DNA of 64,000 bases from an uncultured Candidatus Peribacteria bacterium. Lineage in GTDB: Bacteria; Patescibacteriota; Gracilibacteria; Peribacterales; Peribacteraceae. The DNA lies in the NCBI GenBank assembly GCA_964534565.1, contig CAZHON010000001.1:36152-100151 (forward strand). The letters run 5' to 3'. The stretch's first letter is position 1, and every line of letters begins with the position of its first letter. A program made the translations under genes and the position numbers. Positions 16,222-24,556 of this stretch are shown here, piece after piece. Under the pieces are notes generated by a model that ran no database searches, was not told the origin of the DNA, and worked only from the letters and a program-made list of their open reading frames with translations.

Positions 16222-17688
16222 TTACTTTGACGAGAGGTTCGGGCGCATCGTGTGCCACTCGGTTGCCTGCTCGTAGGCGTACGCGGCAGAGAGGATTTTT
16301 GCCTCTTCCCACTGCGGTCCCATCATCTGAAGACCGATGGGCAACTTGTCTTTCGAGAACCCACAGGGGACTGAGAGTGCCGGAATTCCCGCCATCACTT
16401 GGCCGTCCAAAAACACATCTTCCAAGTACATGGCGACCGGGTCATTTTCGTGCGCACCGACCTTGAACGAAGGGGTGGGGGAGACCGGGGAGAGGATCAT
16501 GTCGACTTTCTGGAATGCATCGTCGAAATCTTTCTTGATGAGCGTGCGCACTTTCTGTGCCTGGCGATAGTACGCATCGAAGTAGCCGGCACTGAGTGCG
16601 TACGTTCCGATCATGATGCGGCGCTTCACCTCGGGTCCGAATCCGTTGCTTCGAGCGGCCTCGTAGTATTCCAGCAGCGTCTTTGCATTCTCCGTGTGGC
16701 CGTAGCGAATGCCGTCGTAACGCGACATGTTCGAACTCACTTCACACGGGCAGAGCACGTAGTACGTCGGCGTTGCATACTTGGTGTGTGGCAACGAAAT
16801 CTCTTCAATCGTTGCGCCCAGATTCTGCAATACTTTTGCAGCGTCGCGGACTGCGCCTTCAACTTCGGCATTCATTCCATCGATGAAATATTCTTTCGGA
16901 AGTCCGATCTTGAGTCCCTTCACATCCTTCTTCAATCCCGCACGGTAGTCGGGCACGTGTACGTTCGATGTCGTTCCGTCGAGCGTGTCGTGACCGGCAA
17001 TCGCCTGGAGCACGATCGCAAGGTCTTCGACGTTCTTGCACATGGGTCCGATCGTATCGAGCGAACTTGCCATCGACATCACGCCAAAGCGGCTGACGCG
17101 GCCGTAGGTGGGGCGGATGCCGGTGATGTTACAGAACCCTGCAGGCTGGCGAATGGACCCTCCTGTGTCGGTTCCAAGGGCAAAGATCCCCTCATCGGCA
17201 GCGACTCCTGCGGCAGGTCCTCCGGAGGAACCTCCTGCAACGCGGGACGTGTCCCACGGGTTTCGTGTCACGCCGTAACACGAGGTTTCGGTGCTGGCAC
17301 CCATGGTGAATTCGTCGGTGTTCACCTTCGCAATACTGATCGCGCCCTTGTCTTTCAGTCGCTTCGTCGTCGTGGAATCGAATGGTGGTTTGTAGTCCTT
17401 CTTTCGGAGCATGTTCGAACACGCCGTCGTCGGAACTCCCTCTTCGCAGAACACATCTTTCGCAAGGTAGGGGATTCCCGTCAGCGGGTGATTGAATTCG
17501 CCGATGCGATCAACCTCTTTCGCTTCGTCCATCGCCTTGTCGAAGTTTTTGTAGACGACTGCATTCAATTCTCCATCCACAGAATCGATTCGATCGATGC
17601 AGGACTTCACCAACTCCGTCGCCGTAATCTGCTTACTCTTCAGTAAGTGGTGAGCCTCCGCGACGGTGTTGGCAAACAGCTTATCCAT
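16222..17688 (-). CDS. gatA: Asp/Glu-tRNA amidotransferase subunit A
   Basis: Amidase signature GGSSGGPAAGVAADE.., KDVF...G..TTA.S, and a full-length match to the GatA layout. The start is trimmed to MDKLFANTV and overlaps the gatC stop by 8 nt. Confidence 0.9.
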   Translation of the reverse strand: MDKLFANTVAEAHHLLKSKQITATELVKSCIDRIDSVDGELNAVVYKNFDKAMDEAKEVDRIGEFNHPLTGIPYLAKDVFCEEGVPTTACSNMLRKKDYKPPFDSTTTKRLKDKGAISIAKVNTDEFTMGASTETSCYGVTRNPWDTSRVAGGSSGGPAAGVAADEGIFALGTDTGGSIRQPAGFCNITGIRPTYGRVSRFGVMSMASSLDTIGPMCKNVEDLAIVLQAIAGHDTLDGTTSNVHVPDYRAGLKKDVKGLKIGLPKEYFIDGMNAEVEGAVRDAAKVLQNLGATIEEISLPHTKYATPTYYVLCPCEVSSNMSRYDGIRYGHTENAKTLLEYYEAARSNGFGPEVKRRIMIGTYALSAGYFDAYYRQAQKVRTLIKKDFDDAFQKVDMILSPVSPTPSFKVGAHENDPVAMYLEDVFLDGQVMAGIPALSVPCGFSKDKLPIGLQMMGPQWEEAKILSAAYAYEQATEWHTMRPNLSSK

Positions 17689-17980
17689 GGGCGGAAGGGG
17701 TTTCGATTTGATGATCTTCAATCGGCAGGGCACTTGTTTCGAGAAGCAAATCCGGGTGAGCCAAGCGTGGTTCCAAAATCACGTCGTCGCGCAGTTGGTT
17801 CGTCATCCCTGTCACCTGTGCGGTTGCGGGAACTCCCTCCGTATTCACTTCACTCAACTGATCGATGTATCCCAAAATCGAAGTGAGTTGTGTCGCAAGG
17901 CGCGTCACTTCGTCCTCACTCAGCGTGAGACGAGCGAGTTTTGCAATGTGCCGAACCTGGTCACCGGTCAGTTGAGACAT
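17681..17980 (-). CDS. gatC: Asp/Glu-tRNA amidotransferase subunit C
   Basis: VRHIAKLARLTLSEDEVTRLATQLTSILGYIDQLSEVNTEGV is the canonical GatC. It lies immediately upstream of gatA. Confidence 0.85.
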   Translation of the reverse strand: MSQLTGDQVRHIAKLARLTLSEDEVTRLATQLTSILGYIDQLSEVNTEGVPATAQVTGMTNQLRDDVILEPRLAHPDLLLETSALPIEDHQIETPSAHG

Positions 17981-18039
17981 GTCCCACGGATACTAGAGAA
18001 AAGCTCCCTACTTCGGAAGCTCTTCTGTATGCTCCTTTC

Positions 18040-18447
18040 ATGCGTTTACTCCGTCTCCAGGGGCGAAAGGTCTGTGACCTTGTTTTACGAAAAGGCACCG
18101 TCTGGAAAGGAACCCACATGAGTGCGCGCTTGCTTCTGGGCCATCCACGCCATCCCTCGGCACGCCCGGTTGCTCCGGCGATCTACGTCGGAACGTTCGC
18201 CAGTGCCAAATTGGACAAGTCTGCAGTGCGTCGAAACCGCATGCGCAGGCGTTGTCGCGAGGCGCTGCGGACAGAGCTCCTGTCGACCACATTGTCTCTG
18301 CCCCCTGTCCAGTTGTTGCTGTGCCCACGGTCCTCTAGTCTGGACTCTCCGTTTGCGGCGTTACACGCCGACATCCAACGCTTACTCACTTTCCTCGCCA
18401 CATGCCAGAAGCCGCTTCCAAAAAATCCCGCACACTCGAATTCCTGA
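18040..18447 (+). CDS. rnpA: Ribonuclease P protein component
   Basis: KSAVRRNRMRRRCREALR is the RNR motif of RnpA, and the gene is followed by yidC. TATGCT lies 6 nt upstream of the ATG. No rpmH lies upstream. Confidence 0.7.
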   Translation: MRLLRLQGRKVCDLVLRKGTVWKGTHMSARLLLGHPRHPSARPVAPAIYVGTFASAKLDKSAVRRNRMRRRCREALRTELLSTTLSLPPVQLLLCPRSSSLDSPFAALHADIQRLLTFLATCQKPLPKNPAHSNS

Positions 18448-19619
18448 TGATCTTCGTCGGGGTATACCTCGTCACAGAATTCGCTCTTCGAATGTTCATG
18501 CCCGCTGCTGCTCCTACTGCAGCCAATGCGCATGTCACATTGAAGGCGCAAGCAACGAGTGTTCGATTGGGGCACGCTCCTGCATTCATTCTCGAGAATC
18601 ACACACAGTCCGGCGTGACACTGCTCGCACGTTGTCCTCAGCCACCACTGAATGTCGGTGTGATGAACGGCACACAGCTTGCGCCACTGACGGCGTCGGG
18701 TACGGCAATTCCTTGTCCTATTGCTCCTCTCATTATTGCGTCGGGAGCCTCTGCAACGATCGACATGTCTCCTTGGAAGTACTCGCTCTTCTCCAAGGCG
18801 CAAACGTACGGCGTCAGCTTGCCCTCAACCTTTGAGAACACAGGAACAGGTTCTGTGACGTCCACCACTGTGACGATGACAGAGCCCGGAGTCTTTGTGC
18901 AGCTGTTCCGCGCATTCATCACGAAACCATTCCTCAACCTCCTCGTCTTCATCGCGTCTCTCCTCCCCAATCACGATCTTGGAATCGCCATCATCGTGCT
19001 CACGCTTATCGTGAAACTCGTGCTCTACATTCCAACGCAGCACGCACTCGAAGGACAGAAAAAAATGCAGATGCTGCAACCGAAGATCGAAGAAATTAAG
19101 CGTCAGTACAAAGGCAACGCAGTGAAGGTGAACGAAGAAACGATGAAGCTTTGGAAGGAGCACAAAATCAATCCGTTCTCATCGTGCTTGCCGGTACTGC
19201 TTCAGTTCCCGGTTCTCATCGGACTCTTCTACGTCATTCGTGACGGCTCAGTTCTCACGCTTTCGACCGAGTTCCTCTACCCGATGTACACACCTCCTCC
19301 ATTCCAGTTCGGTGTGCACTTCCTCGGGTTCGATCTCACGCAACCAAGCAAGATCATCTTCCCGGTCCTGCTCGTCGTGCTCCAGTTCTTGCAGATGAAA
19401 CTGACCTTCCATATCGCAAGCAAGAAGAAGGGTGCCGATGCTCCTGCAATCGACTCTGCTCAATTGATGCAGCAACGCATGATGCTCTACGTGTTGCCGC
19501 TCATGATCGGATTCTTCGCCTTCCGCTTCCCAACCGCTGTAAGCCTCTACTGGGCCGTCAGCACACTCTTCGCAATCGGGCAGCAATTGGTGGTGAATCG
19601 AAAGGCATTGGTGGCATAA
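18402..19619 (+). CDS. yidC: Membrane protein insertase YidC
   Basis: GIAIIVLTLIVKLVLYIPTQHALEGQKKMQMLQPKIEEIKRQYKGN....MKLWKEHKINPFSSCLPVLLQFPVLIGLFYVI is the YidC/Oxa1 core. The exact start is uncertain and overlaps the end of rnpA. Confidence 0.85.
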   Translation: MPEAASKKSRTLEFLMIFVGVYLVTEFALRMFMPAAAPTAANAHVTLKAQATSVRLGHAPAFILENHTQSGVTLLARCPQPPLNVGVMNGTQLAPLTASGTAIPCPIAPLIIASGASATIDMSPWKYSLFSKAQTYGVSLPSTFENTGTGSVTSTTVTMTEPGVFVQLFRAFITKPFLNLLVFIASLLPNHDLGIAIIVLTLIVKLVLYIPTQHALEGQKKMQMLQPKIEEIKRQYKGNAVKVNEETMKLWKEHKINPFSSCLPVLLQFPVLIGLFYVIRDGSVLTLSTEFLYPMYTPPPFQFGVHFLGFDLTQPSKIIFPVLLVVLQFLQMKLTFHIASKKKGADAPAIDSAQLMQQRMMLYVLPLMIGFFAFRFPTAVSLYWAVSTLFAIGQQLVVNRKALVA

Positions 19620-19628
19620 TATTTGACC

Positions 19629-20108
19629 ATGCATCCAGGTTTTACAGCCCCCAAGAGCGGCTCCGGAGTCATCTGCTATCTGCCTCAGGGTATTCCGGAA
19701 CAAAAGCCTGCTGAGAAGGAGAGTGTGAGCAAGAAAGCGTTGTCCATTCTGCAGCTTGCTCGTCGTAAATTTTTACAGGTGATGGGAGAGGTGATTCCAC
19801 CGGTCGTTCCGCCAGTCCAGCCGCTTCGTACGGTTCAGGTGGAATGTGTGTCTGCGAAAGGCAAAGATTTGCCCAAGATTTTTGAAGGATTACAAAGTAA
19901 GGGTTACCAGGTAGTGCATACCCTTTCCGGTCTCCGTCCCGATGAAGCAGCAAAATTAGAGAGTGATTTACGAGGGCCCTATCCTTGGAAAAATGTACAT
20001 CATCTTCGTTCACAATTTGAAAGCCAATACATTCTGACGACACACAGCTATGTCTCCACAGACGAAGACCCGCCGGAGCAGTATTCATCAATCTATGACA
20101 ACGATTAG
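19629..20108 (+). CDS. Hypothetical protein
   Basis: ORF 19623-20108 is trimmed to its first ATG. TGgCATAAT (19612-19620) lies 8 nt upstream. No family was recognised. Confidence 0.4.
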   Translation: MHPGFTAPKSGSGVICYLPQGIPEQKPAEKESVSKKALSILQLARRKFLQVMGEVIPPVVPPVQPLRTVQVECVSAKGKDLPKIFEGLQSKGYQVVHTLSGLRPDEAAKLESDLRGPYPWKNVHHLRSQFESQYILTTHSYVSTDEDPPEQYSSIYDND

Positions 20109-20148
20109 GGCTTTTCAGGAATGTGAAGAAGGGTAGACTCCGCCCCTT

Positions 20149-20475
20149 ATGAATTCTTTTGCGAAAGTCGCAGTCGTCATCGGTGGTAAATGGAACAGTG
20201 TAGAGCAGTCGTTGCATCTCGATGCACGCGAGTGCGACAGCAATGATTTTGATATCGAGAGAATAAAAGACGCGCTGCGAGCGGCTCACATGGAGATCCT
20301 CGGTTACTGTGAAAATTTGGAACAAGGAGAGGCTGCAATGCTACTCACAGATCTCGATGGAGATGTTGCCGATGCGACGTTTGATCAAGCGATTGAACAC
20401 GTACACACAGTCTGCACGAATTTCGCGACCGAGAATCTGGATGATCCGCATCTATACTTGCATTTAGAGGATTAA
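20149..20475 (+). CDS. Hypothetical acidic protein
   Basis: 108-aa ORF. TAGACT lies 9 nt upstream of the ATG. It forms a same-strand series with its neighbours. Confidence 0.4.
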   Translation: MNSFAKVAVVIGGKWNSVEQSLHLDARECDSNDFDIERIKDALRAAHMEILGYCENLEQGEAAMLLTDLDGDVADATFDQAIEHVHTVCTNFATENLDDPHLYLHLED

Positions 20476-20525
20476 TCCTTGCCCGAATGCCAGAAAGGAA
20501 TGAAAAGTTCTGTTAACATTTTTCT

Positions 20526-20852
20526 ATGTCAGCAACAGCAGAAGCATGCGAACACCCGTACGGTTTGGTAGTCGGTATCCGCAAGGAACCAGACGATTCA
20601 TTCAAAATCGATTCCGTTGCTGTGAAAGGAGATGAAGATAAAGCAATTCGCGATACAGTGGATAAGCTTCTTACCGATGAAATGTTAGTAGTCGGCACAT
20701 GGAGAAAGCTGACTCTTGATCAAGTCGTCAGCTTGTTTGAAACGATCGAGGATCGGGCAGAAAATGTTTCACGGCGCGAACTTCTTGTCCTGTTGCGGGC
20801 TGGTATTTCAGAGATCATTCGAGAAATAGTTCGAGAGGGTGAAATTTTGTAA
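20526..20852 (+). CDS. Hypothetical protein
   Basis: 108-aa ORF, third in a same-strand series of unknown small proteins. Confidence 0.4.
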   Translation: MSATAEACEHPYGLVVGIRKEPDDSFKIDSVAVKGDEDKAIRDTVDKLLTDEMLVVGTWRKLTLDQVVSLFETIEDRAENVSRRELLVLLRAGISEIIREIVREGEIL

Positions 20853-20926
20853 AAATTGCACAGTAAAACCTACCATTGCGAGTGAAAAGTCGGCACACTA
20901 TTTCCGACTCTTTCCCACCCTCTCCT

Positions 20927-21811
20927 ATGGATCTCTCACAAGCATCCGCTCGCGTCGCTGGCCCGGGCTTCATTGCAGCGCTCGACCAAAGTGGCGGTAG
21001 CACACCCAAGGCACTCATTGCCTACGGTATTCCCGAAGGCTCCTGGAGCACGGAAGATGAAATGTTCACATTGATGCACTCCGCACGCAGCCGCATCATC
21101 ACCAATCCTGCATTCGACAAGCGTGTGATGGGTGCGATTCTGTTCGAGAAAACGATGCGCAGTTCCATCGAAGGAATGCCATCCGCCCAGTACCTGTGGG
21201 AGAAGAAGAATGTCGTCCCATTCCTCAAGATCGATAAGGGGCTGTTGGAGGAACAGAACCACGTTCAACTGATGAAGCCGATGCCAACTCTCGACGAACT
21301 TTTGAAGAGCGCCGTCGAGCACGGAATCTTCGGAACGAAGGAGAGATCTGTCATCAACGATGCAGACGAGAAGGGGATTGCCGACGTGGTCGCACAGCAA
21401 TTCGAAGTCGCACAGCAGGTGCTCAGCCACGGTCTCATGCCGATTTTAGAGCCTGAAATTAACATCAAGGCACCGAACAAGAAGGCAGCAGAAGAAATGC
21501 TGCGCGCAGAGCTCCTCAAAGGCCTCGACGCATTGCCCGAGTCACAGAAGGTGATGCTCAAGCTGACACTTCCAGAAGAGCCAAACTTCTACGCTCCCCT
21601 CATCGCGCATCCACGCGTACTGCGTGTCGTCGCGCTCTCCGGTGGCTACTCCTGTGCAGACGCAAACAAAAAGCTCGCACAGAACCACGGCATGACTGCC
21701 AGCTTCTCTCGCGCTCTCGTAGAGGACTTGCGCGCAGGTCAAACCGACGAAGAATTCACACAGAAATTGAACGCTGCCATCGAAGGAATTTACGAGGCAT
21801 CGCTCAACTAA
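20927..21811 (+). CDS. fda: Class I fructose-bisphosphate aldolase
   Basis: GPGFIAALDQSGGSTPKAL..YG and PFLKIDKGL (Schiff-base Lys region) match the Staphylococcus-type class I aldolase. The start is trimmed to MDLSQ. Confidence 0.85.
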   Translation: MDLSQASARVAGPGFIAALDQSGGSTPKALIAYGIPEGSWSTEDEMFTLMHSARSRIITNPAFDKRVMGAILFEKTMRSSIEGMPSAQYLWEKKNVVPFLKIDKGLLEEQNHVQLMKPMPTLDELLKSAVEHGIFGTKERSVINDADEKGIADVVAQQFEVAQQVLSHGLMPILEPEINIKAPNKKAAEEMLRAELLKGLDALPESQKVMLKLTLPEEPNFYAPLIAHPRVLRVVALSGGYSCADANKKLAQNHGMTASFSRALVEDLRAGQTDEEFTQKLNAAIEGIYEASLN

Positions 21812-21833
21812 TTGATAGGAAAAGACTTGAAGA

Positions 21834-21859
21834 AGCCCCTCGCGAAGAGGGGCTTTTTT
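21834..21859 (+). terminator. Intrinsic terminator
   Basis: AGCCCCTC-GCGAA-GAGGGGCT followed by TTTTTT. Confidence 0.8.
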
Positions 21860-21893
21860 GTTGTTCGTTAGCCAAAAAGAATGTGCGGCAGAC

Positions 21894-21921
21894 TTGACAT
21901 GAATTTTTTGATGGGGATAAT
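21894..21921 (+). promoter_or_regulatory. Sigma-70-type promoter (TTGACA-16-GATAAT) of small-gene cassette A
   Basis: TTGACA is at 21894-21899 and GATAAT at 21916-21921. It is nearly identical to the promoter at 22421-22448. Confidence 0.6.
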
Positions 21922-22003
21922 GCCCCCACTTCAGTTTCGTCATGGATGTTCGGTGTCGAACGAGACGAATGGAAGCGTACTAGAGAAAAGGGTTTCCTTT
22001 TCA

Positions 22004-22294
22004 ATGTTAGTGTCTACTGAAACACGCGGTACTGATTTTTTACTTCAACAAGGGTTTGAATACGTGATCGGGAATGTACCCGTCACGTACTCGGACGAAG
22101 GGATTCTTTGCATCAATGGTGCATCTTGTTCTGTACCCCCCAAGAACGCAGTCTATTGCGGAGATTGGCTCGTACAGATCATGAAAGATCCTCTTGGTGT
22201 TCGCCTCACATGCGCGAGCCAAATTCCCTTTCGCTACTCCAACCCAGAAGAAGTAGAAGAAATGTTGGCCGAGCTTGCCGCACTCGTCCGCTAG
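22004..22294 (+). CDS. Hypothetical small protein, cassette A (96 aa)
   Basis: This is the in-frame Met of ORF 21881-22294 downstream of the promoter. It shares (C/V)SVP.(K/G)NA and a C-terminal PEE(V/I) with the cassette B protein. Confidence 0.4.
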   Translation: MLVSTETRGTDFLLQQGFEYVIGNVPVTYSDEGILCINGASCSVPPKNAVYCGDWLVQIMKDPLGVRLTCASQIPFRYSNPEEVEEMLAELAALVR

Positions 22295-22336
22295 TACAGC
22301 ATGAATCGACACGTTCGATTCTGCACCCTTACAAAT

Positions 22337-22372
22337 CCACCGGTCGCGACTCGTTCGCGATCGGTGGTTTTT
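22337..22372 (+). terminator. Intrinsic terminator of cassette A
   Basis: CCACCGGTCGCGA-CTCGT-TCGCGATCGGTGG followed by TTTTT. It is a sequence paralog of 22833-22869. Confidence 0.75.
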
Positions 22373-22420
22373 ATGAATCAAAAAATGGCTACACAGAGAC
22401 ACATAGTATGTGCACTGTTC

Positions 22421-22448
22421 TTGACATGACTGCTCTTGCGAGGATAAT
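22421..22448 (+). promoter_or_regulatory. Sigma-70-type promoter (TTGACA-16-GATAAT) of small-gene cassette B
   Basis: TTGACA is at 22421-22426 and GATAAT at 22443-22448. Confidence 0.6.
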
Positions 22449-22534
22449 CCCCGCACTTCGCAATCGTCATGGAAGATGGCAATCGTTGCCGTTCGATGGT
22501 TGTGAAGAGTCTGTAGCTTGGAGATCTTTCAAAG

Positions 22535-22804
22535 ATGGAATCGTTGAAACTCGGTGAAGCGCGTCGAATTCAGGGCCTTGTTGTTGTGCACCATCCGCAA
22601 GGGCACATCACAGTGCAGGGTCAGGACGCTCCCCTCAAGATTAGAAAACAAGGGGTCAGTGTTCCCGTTGGCAATGCACACGTCCAGGCGGTGCCTGTCA
22701 AAAAAGGGCCGATCAATCTGCAGCATTCGCGCACATTGGTTGTGCTGAACAACGTCAAGCCCGAAGAGATCGCAGCTCTCACGCAAAAGCTCCAGCTCGC
22801 GTAA
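22535..22804 (+). CDS. Hypothetical small protein, cassette B (89 aa)
   Basis: An ORF-track entry flanked by a promoter and leader upstream and a conserved terminator downstream. Confidence 0.4.
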   Translation: MESLKLGEARRIQGLVVVHHPQGHITVQGQDAPLKIRKQGVSVPVGNAHVQAVPVKKGPINLQHSRTLVVLNNVKPEEIAALTQKLQLA

Positions 22805-22832
22805 CGAACATTTCGTCACGCAAAAAACACTA

Positions 22833-22869
22833 CATCGGTCGCGACCCGTTCGCGGCCGATGGTTTTTTT
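22833..22869 (+). terminator. Intrinsic terminator of cassette B
   Basis: CATCGGTCGCGA-CCCGT-TCGCGGCCGATGG followed by TTTTTTT. Confidence 0.75.
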
Positions 22870-22894
22870 ATATCCACACATCTGATTTGTAGAC

Positions 22895-22925
22895 CAGTAG
22901 CCGCGCACTTTGTGCGCGGCTACTG
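22895..22925 (-). terminator. Hairpin downstream of the minus-strand zinc-finger micro-gene
   Basis: CAGTAGCCGCGCAC-TTTG-TGCGCGGCTACTG (13-bp stem). Confidence 0.5.
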
Positions 22926-22963
22926 AAGGGTGTGGAGACGCCATCAGCCGTTTCGTCCGTCCG

Positions 22964-23113
22964 CTATTCTTTCTTGTGGCGGACGCTGATGTGGTGAGGA
23001 AGCCGTTTGGCTTTCATAGGTTCCGAACAGTGCGGGCACTGCACGATTTTGTTACCGGGTTTCTTCTCACTCGCATCAGTGCGATCGGGGGCCGTGGCCG
23101 AGGGGCTGGACAT
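22964..23113 (-). CDS. Small C2H2-type zinc-finger-like protein (49 aa)
   Basis: My own translation is MSSPSATAPDRTDASEKKPGNKIVQCPHCSEPMKAKRLPHHISVRHKKE (C-x2-C-x12-H-x4-H). AGGAGA lies 8 nt upstream of the ATG, and a hairpin lies downstream. It is below the ORF-track cut-off. Confidence 0.45.
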   Translation of the reverse strand: MSSPSATAPDRTDASEKKPGNKIVQCPHCSEPMKAKRLPHHISVRHKKE

Positions 23114-23248
23114 CGAAAGGTCTCCTACTGCCTTGTGAATAGGAACAGTGAGAGCGCGTTGCTCTCGTTACTCTGTTCGTTCTTCTCAAAACAGGTGTGT
23201 AAGTACAGGTGATTTAAGGATAGAAATAGAAGTGAATTCATTGAGGAC

Positions 23249-23281
23249 GACCGAGGTACTGGAAATTCCAGTACCTCGGTC
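23249..23281 (-). terminator. Perfect 15-bp hairpin downstream of the minus-strand small basic ORF
   Basis: GACCGAGGTACTGGA-AAT-TCCAGTACCTCGGTC. Confidence 0.5.
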
Positions 23282-23316
23282 AATGTTTTCCGTTGCCACT
23301 TCATGATGACGAAGGG

Positions 23317-23517
23317 CTACTTCTTCTTGTCGCCTTTTTGAGAACCGCCTCGGGGCTTCCAGTTCGGCTTGTCGAATTTCTTTTGGTTCTTACGGCGGAT
23401 GCCCATCAGTGAAATCCTTTCGAACAACGGAGGAAGTGATCCAGCAAGGCCACGGACGCCATGTCCAATGACTCTTCCGAATACACGTCTATTTCTGTCA
23501 GTCATGTGAAGAATCAA
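23317..23517 (-). CDS. Small basic protein (66 aa), or alternatively a 29-aa version at 23317-23406
   Basis: The ORF-track entry ends ...MGIRRKNQKKFDKPNWKPRGGSQKGDKKK. The internal Met has AAGGA about 10 nt upstream. Confidence 0.3.
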   Translation of the reverse strand: MILHMTDRNRRVFGRVIGHGVRGLAGSLPPLFERISLMGIRRKNQKKFDKPNWKPRGGSQKGDKKK

Positions 23518-23624
23518 CTGCTGAATTTTCGCAAAGTCTACGCTTCGCCTTTCAGAACACTACAAATATTAAATACTAATTTGGTAAAATGTCAATATTC
23601 GGTAAAGGGGAGAGGTAGCTCGTT

Positions 23625-23747
23625 ATGAGCTGCTTCTCCCCGATTGTGAATGTGTCAGACCAACTCCGATTTAACCCTTTTTCTGCTTCCGGCGAACGCG
23701 ACGAGCTCTCCAGAGAGCACTGTCTCGGCGGGTACGGCGGAAGATGA
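23625..23747 (+). CDS. Candidate micro-ORF (40 aa)
   Basis: My own translation is MSCFSPIVNVSDQLRFNPFSASGERDELSREHCLGGYGGR. It is preceded by AAAGGGGAGAGG and by the 11-mer TGTCAATATTC, which recurs at 24788. Confidence 0.2.
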   Translation: MSCFSPIVNVSDQLRFNPFSASGERDELSREHCLGGYGGR

Positions 23748-23910
23748 GCCAGGCTATTTCTTTTCCTACGACGCAACGCATAAGGAATCTCCTTACTGAC
23801 ACACAACTGCATCTGTCTTCTTTTCCCAGGGAGGGAAAGATATGAGAAGACAGATTGAATCGTGCGCGATGATGAATGAACAACGAAGGATCTGTGCCTG
23901 AGAGAAAAAC

Positions 23911-24047
23911 CACGTGCGAGCTGGGACAACCAACTCGCACGTGTAAGGTAGCCGTAGGGCAGGGCTCTTTCGGAGGCCCCGGTCCCTAAGATAGTGCGTG
24001 ATTACTCGCGCCGGAAGGGCGCAAGGTCAACGCGATCACCTCCTTTC
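23911..24047. other. 16S rRNA 3'-minor-domain look-alike module, not part of an rRNA gene
   Basis: On the plus strand: a hairpin ACGTGCGAG..CTCGCACGT, then AAGGTAGCCGTAGGG (23945-23959), a hairpin with a CC-GGAA-GG loop, then GATCACCTCCTTTC (24034-24047). On the minus strand the same bases read as strong SD sequences ahead of 11 to 14-codon ORFs. Confidence 0.35.
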
Positions 24048-24296
24048 AACGTGGAATGAAACTCCAATAAGCGTGACTCATAATGGGAGTACCTCCTTTC
24101 GAATGGTGGTGAATCGGCTCCTGCCCTTTGAGTCTCACGTGAGGCTCTGGCGCAGGTCTTTCGTTGCGAATTCTGCTGTGAATGATCGACAGCACCGACC
24201 TACTTTCTTCGCAAAAATCGTAAACCTTTCTTGTCTTTTGGCAAGGGCCTGGAAGCGGTCTTTTGACCGCCTCCAAGCCACTTACAGCACTTCATC

Positions 24297-24440
24297 TCAG
24301 ACCCCCTGCATCTGAAAGTTTTCGTCGTTCCACGGATGACTCGCGTCACCGCGAATCAATTCCAACACACGTTCCATTTCTTCCTCAGTCATTCGAGTCA
24401 TGGCATCACCTTCTTCCTTTTCAAAGTGTTCAACGGTCAT
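24297..24440 (-). CDS. Candidate micro-ORF (47 aa, acidic)
   Basis: My own translation is MTVEHFEKEEGDAMTRMTEEEMERVLELIRGDASHPWNDENFQMQGV. GGAGGAGAAGG lies upstream, and the start overlaps the stop of the upstream ORF (ATGA). Confidence 0.3.
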   Translation of the reverse strand: MTVEHFEKEEGDAMTRMTEEEMERVLELIRGDASHPWNDENFQMQGV

Positions 24441-24556
24441 TGTCCTTCTCCTCCGTGCTGCAAGTTGATATGCAAACCACCGTGGTCTGCGTGCATTTTT
24501 ATTCCTGTCGTCCCGTCGGAAAACAGATCGGCACTGTCGCGGCGTAGCTCTCGCAT
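24437..24556 (-). CDS. Candidate micro-ORF (39 aa), translationally coupled to 24297-24440
   Basis: My own translation is MRELRRDSADLFSDGTTGIKMHADHGGLHINLQHGGEGQ. There is a 4-nt ATGA overlap with the next ORF. Confidence 0.25.
   Translation of the reverse strand: MRELRRDSADLFSDGTTGIKMHADHGGLHINLQHGGEGQ

Noticed and set aside
19669-20325. A 218-aa minus-strand ORF overlapping two plus-strand ORFs.
   Set aside because: The three plus-strand ORFs tile the region without overlap and have -10-like hexamers at leaderless distance. The minus ORF has no such signal and crosses two of them.
23911-24047. A true 16S rRNA gene 3' end, possibly with a giant insertion.
   Set aside because: None of the other universally conserved 16S blocks is present in the preceding 2 kb or more, which instead contains promoters, small ORFs and terminators. 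I report it as a look-alike module only.
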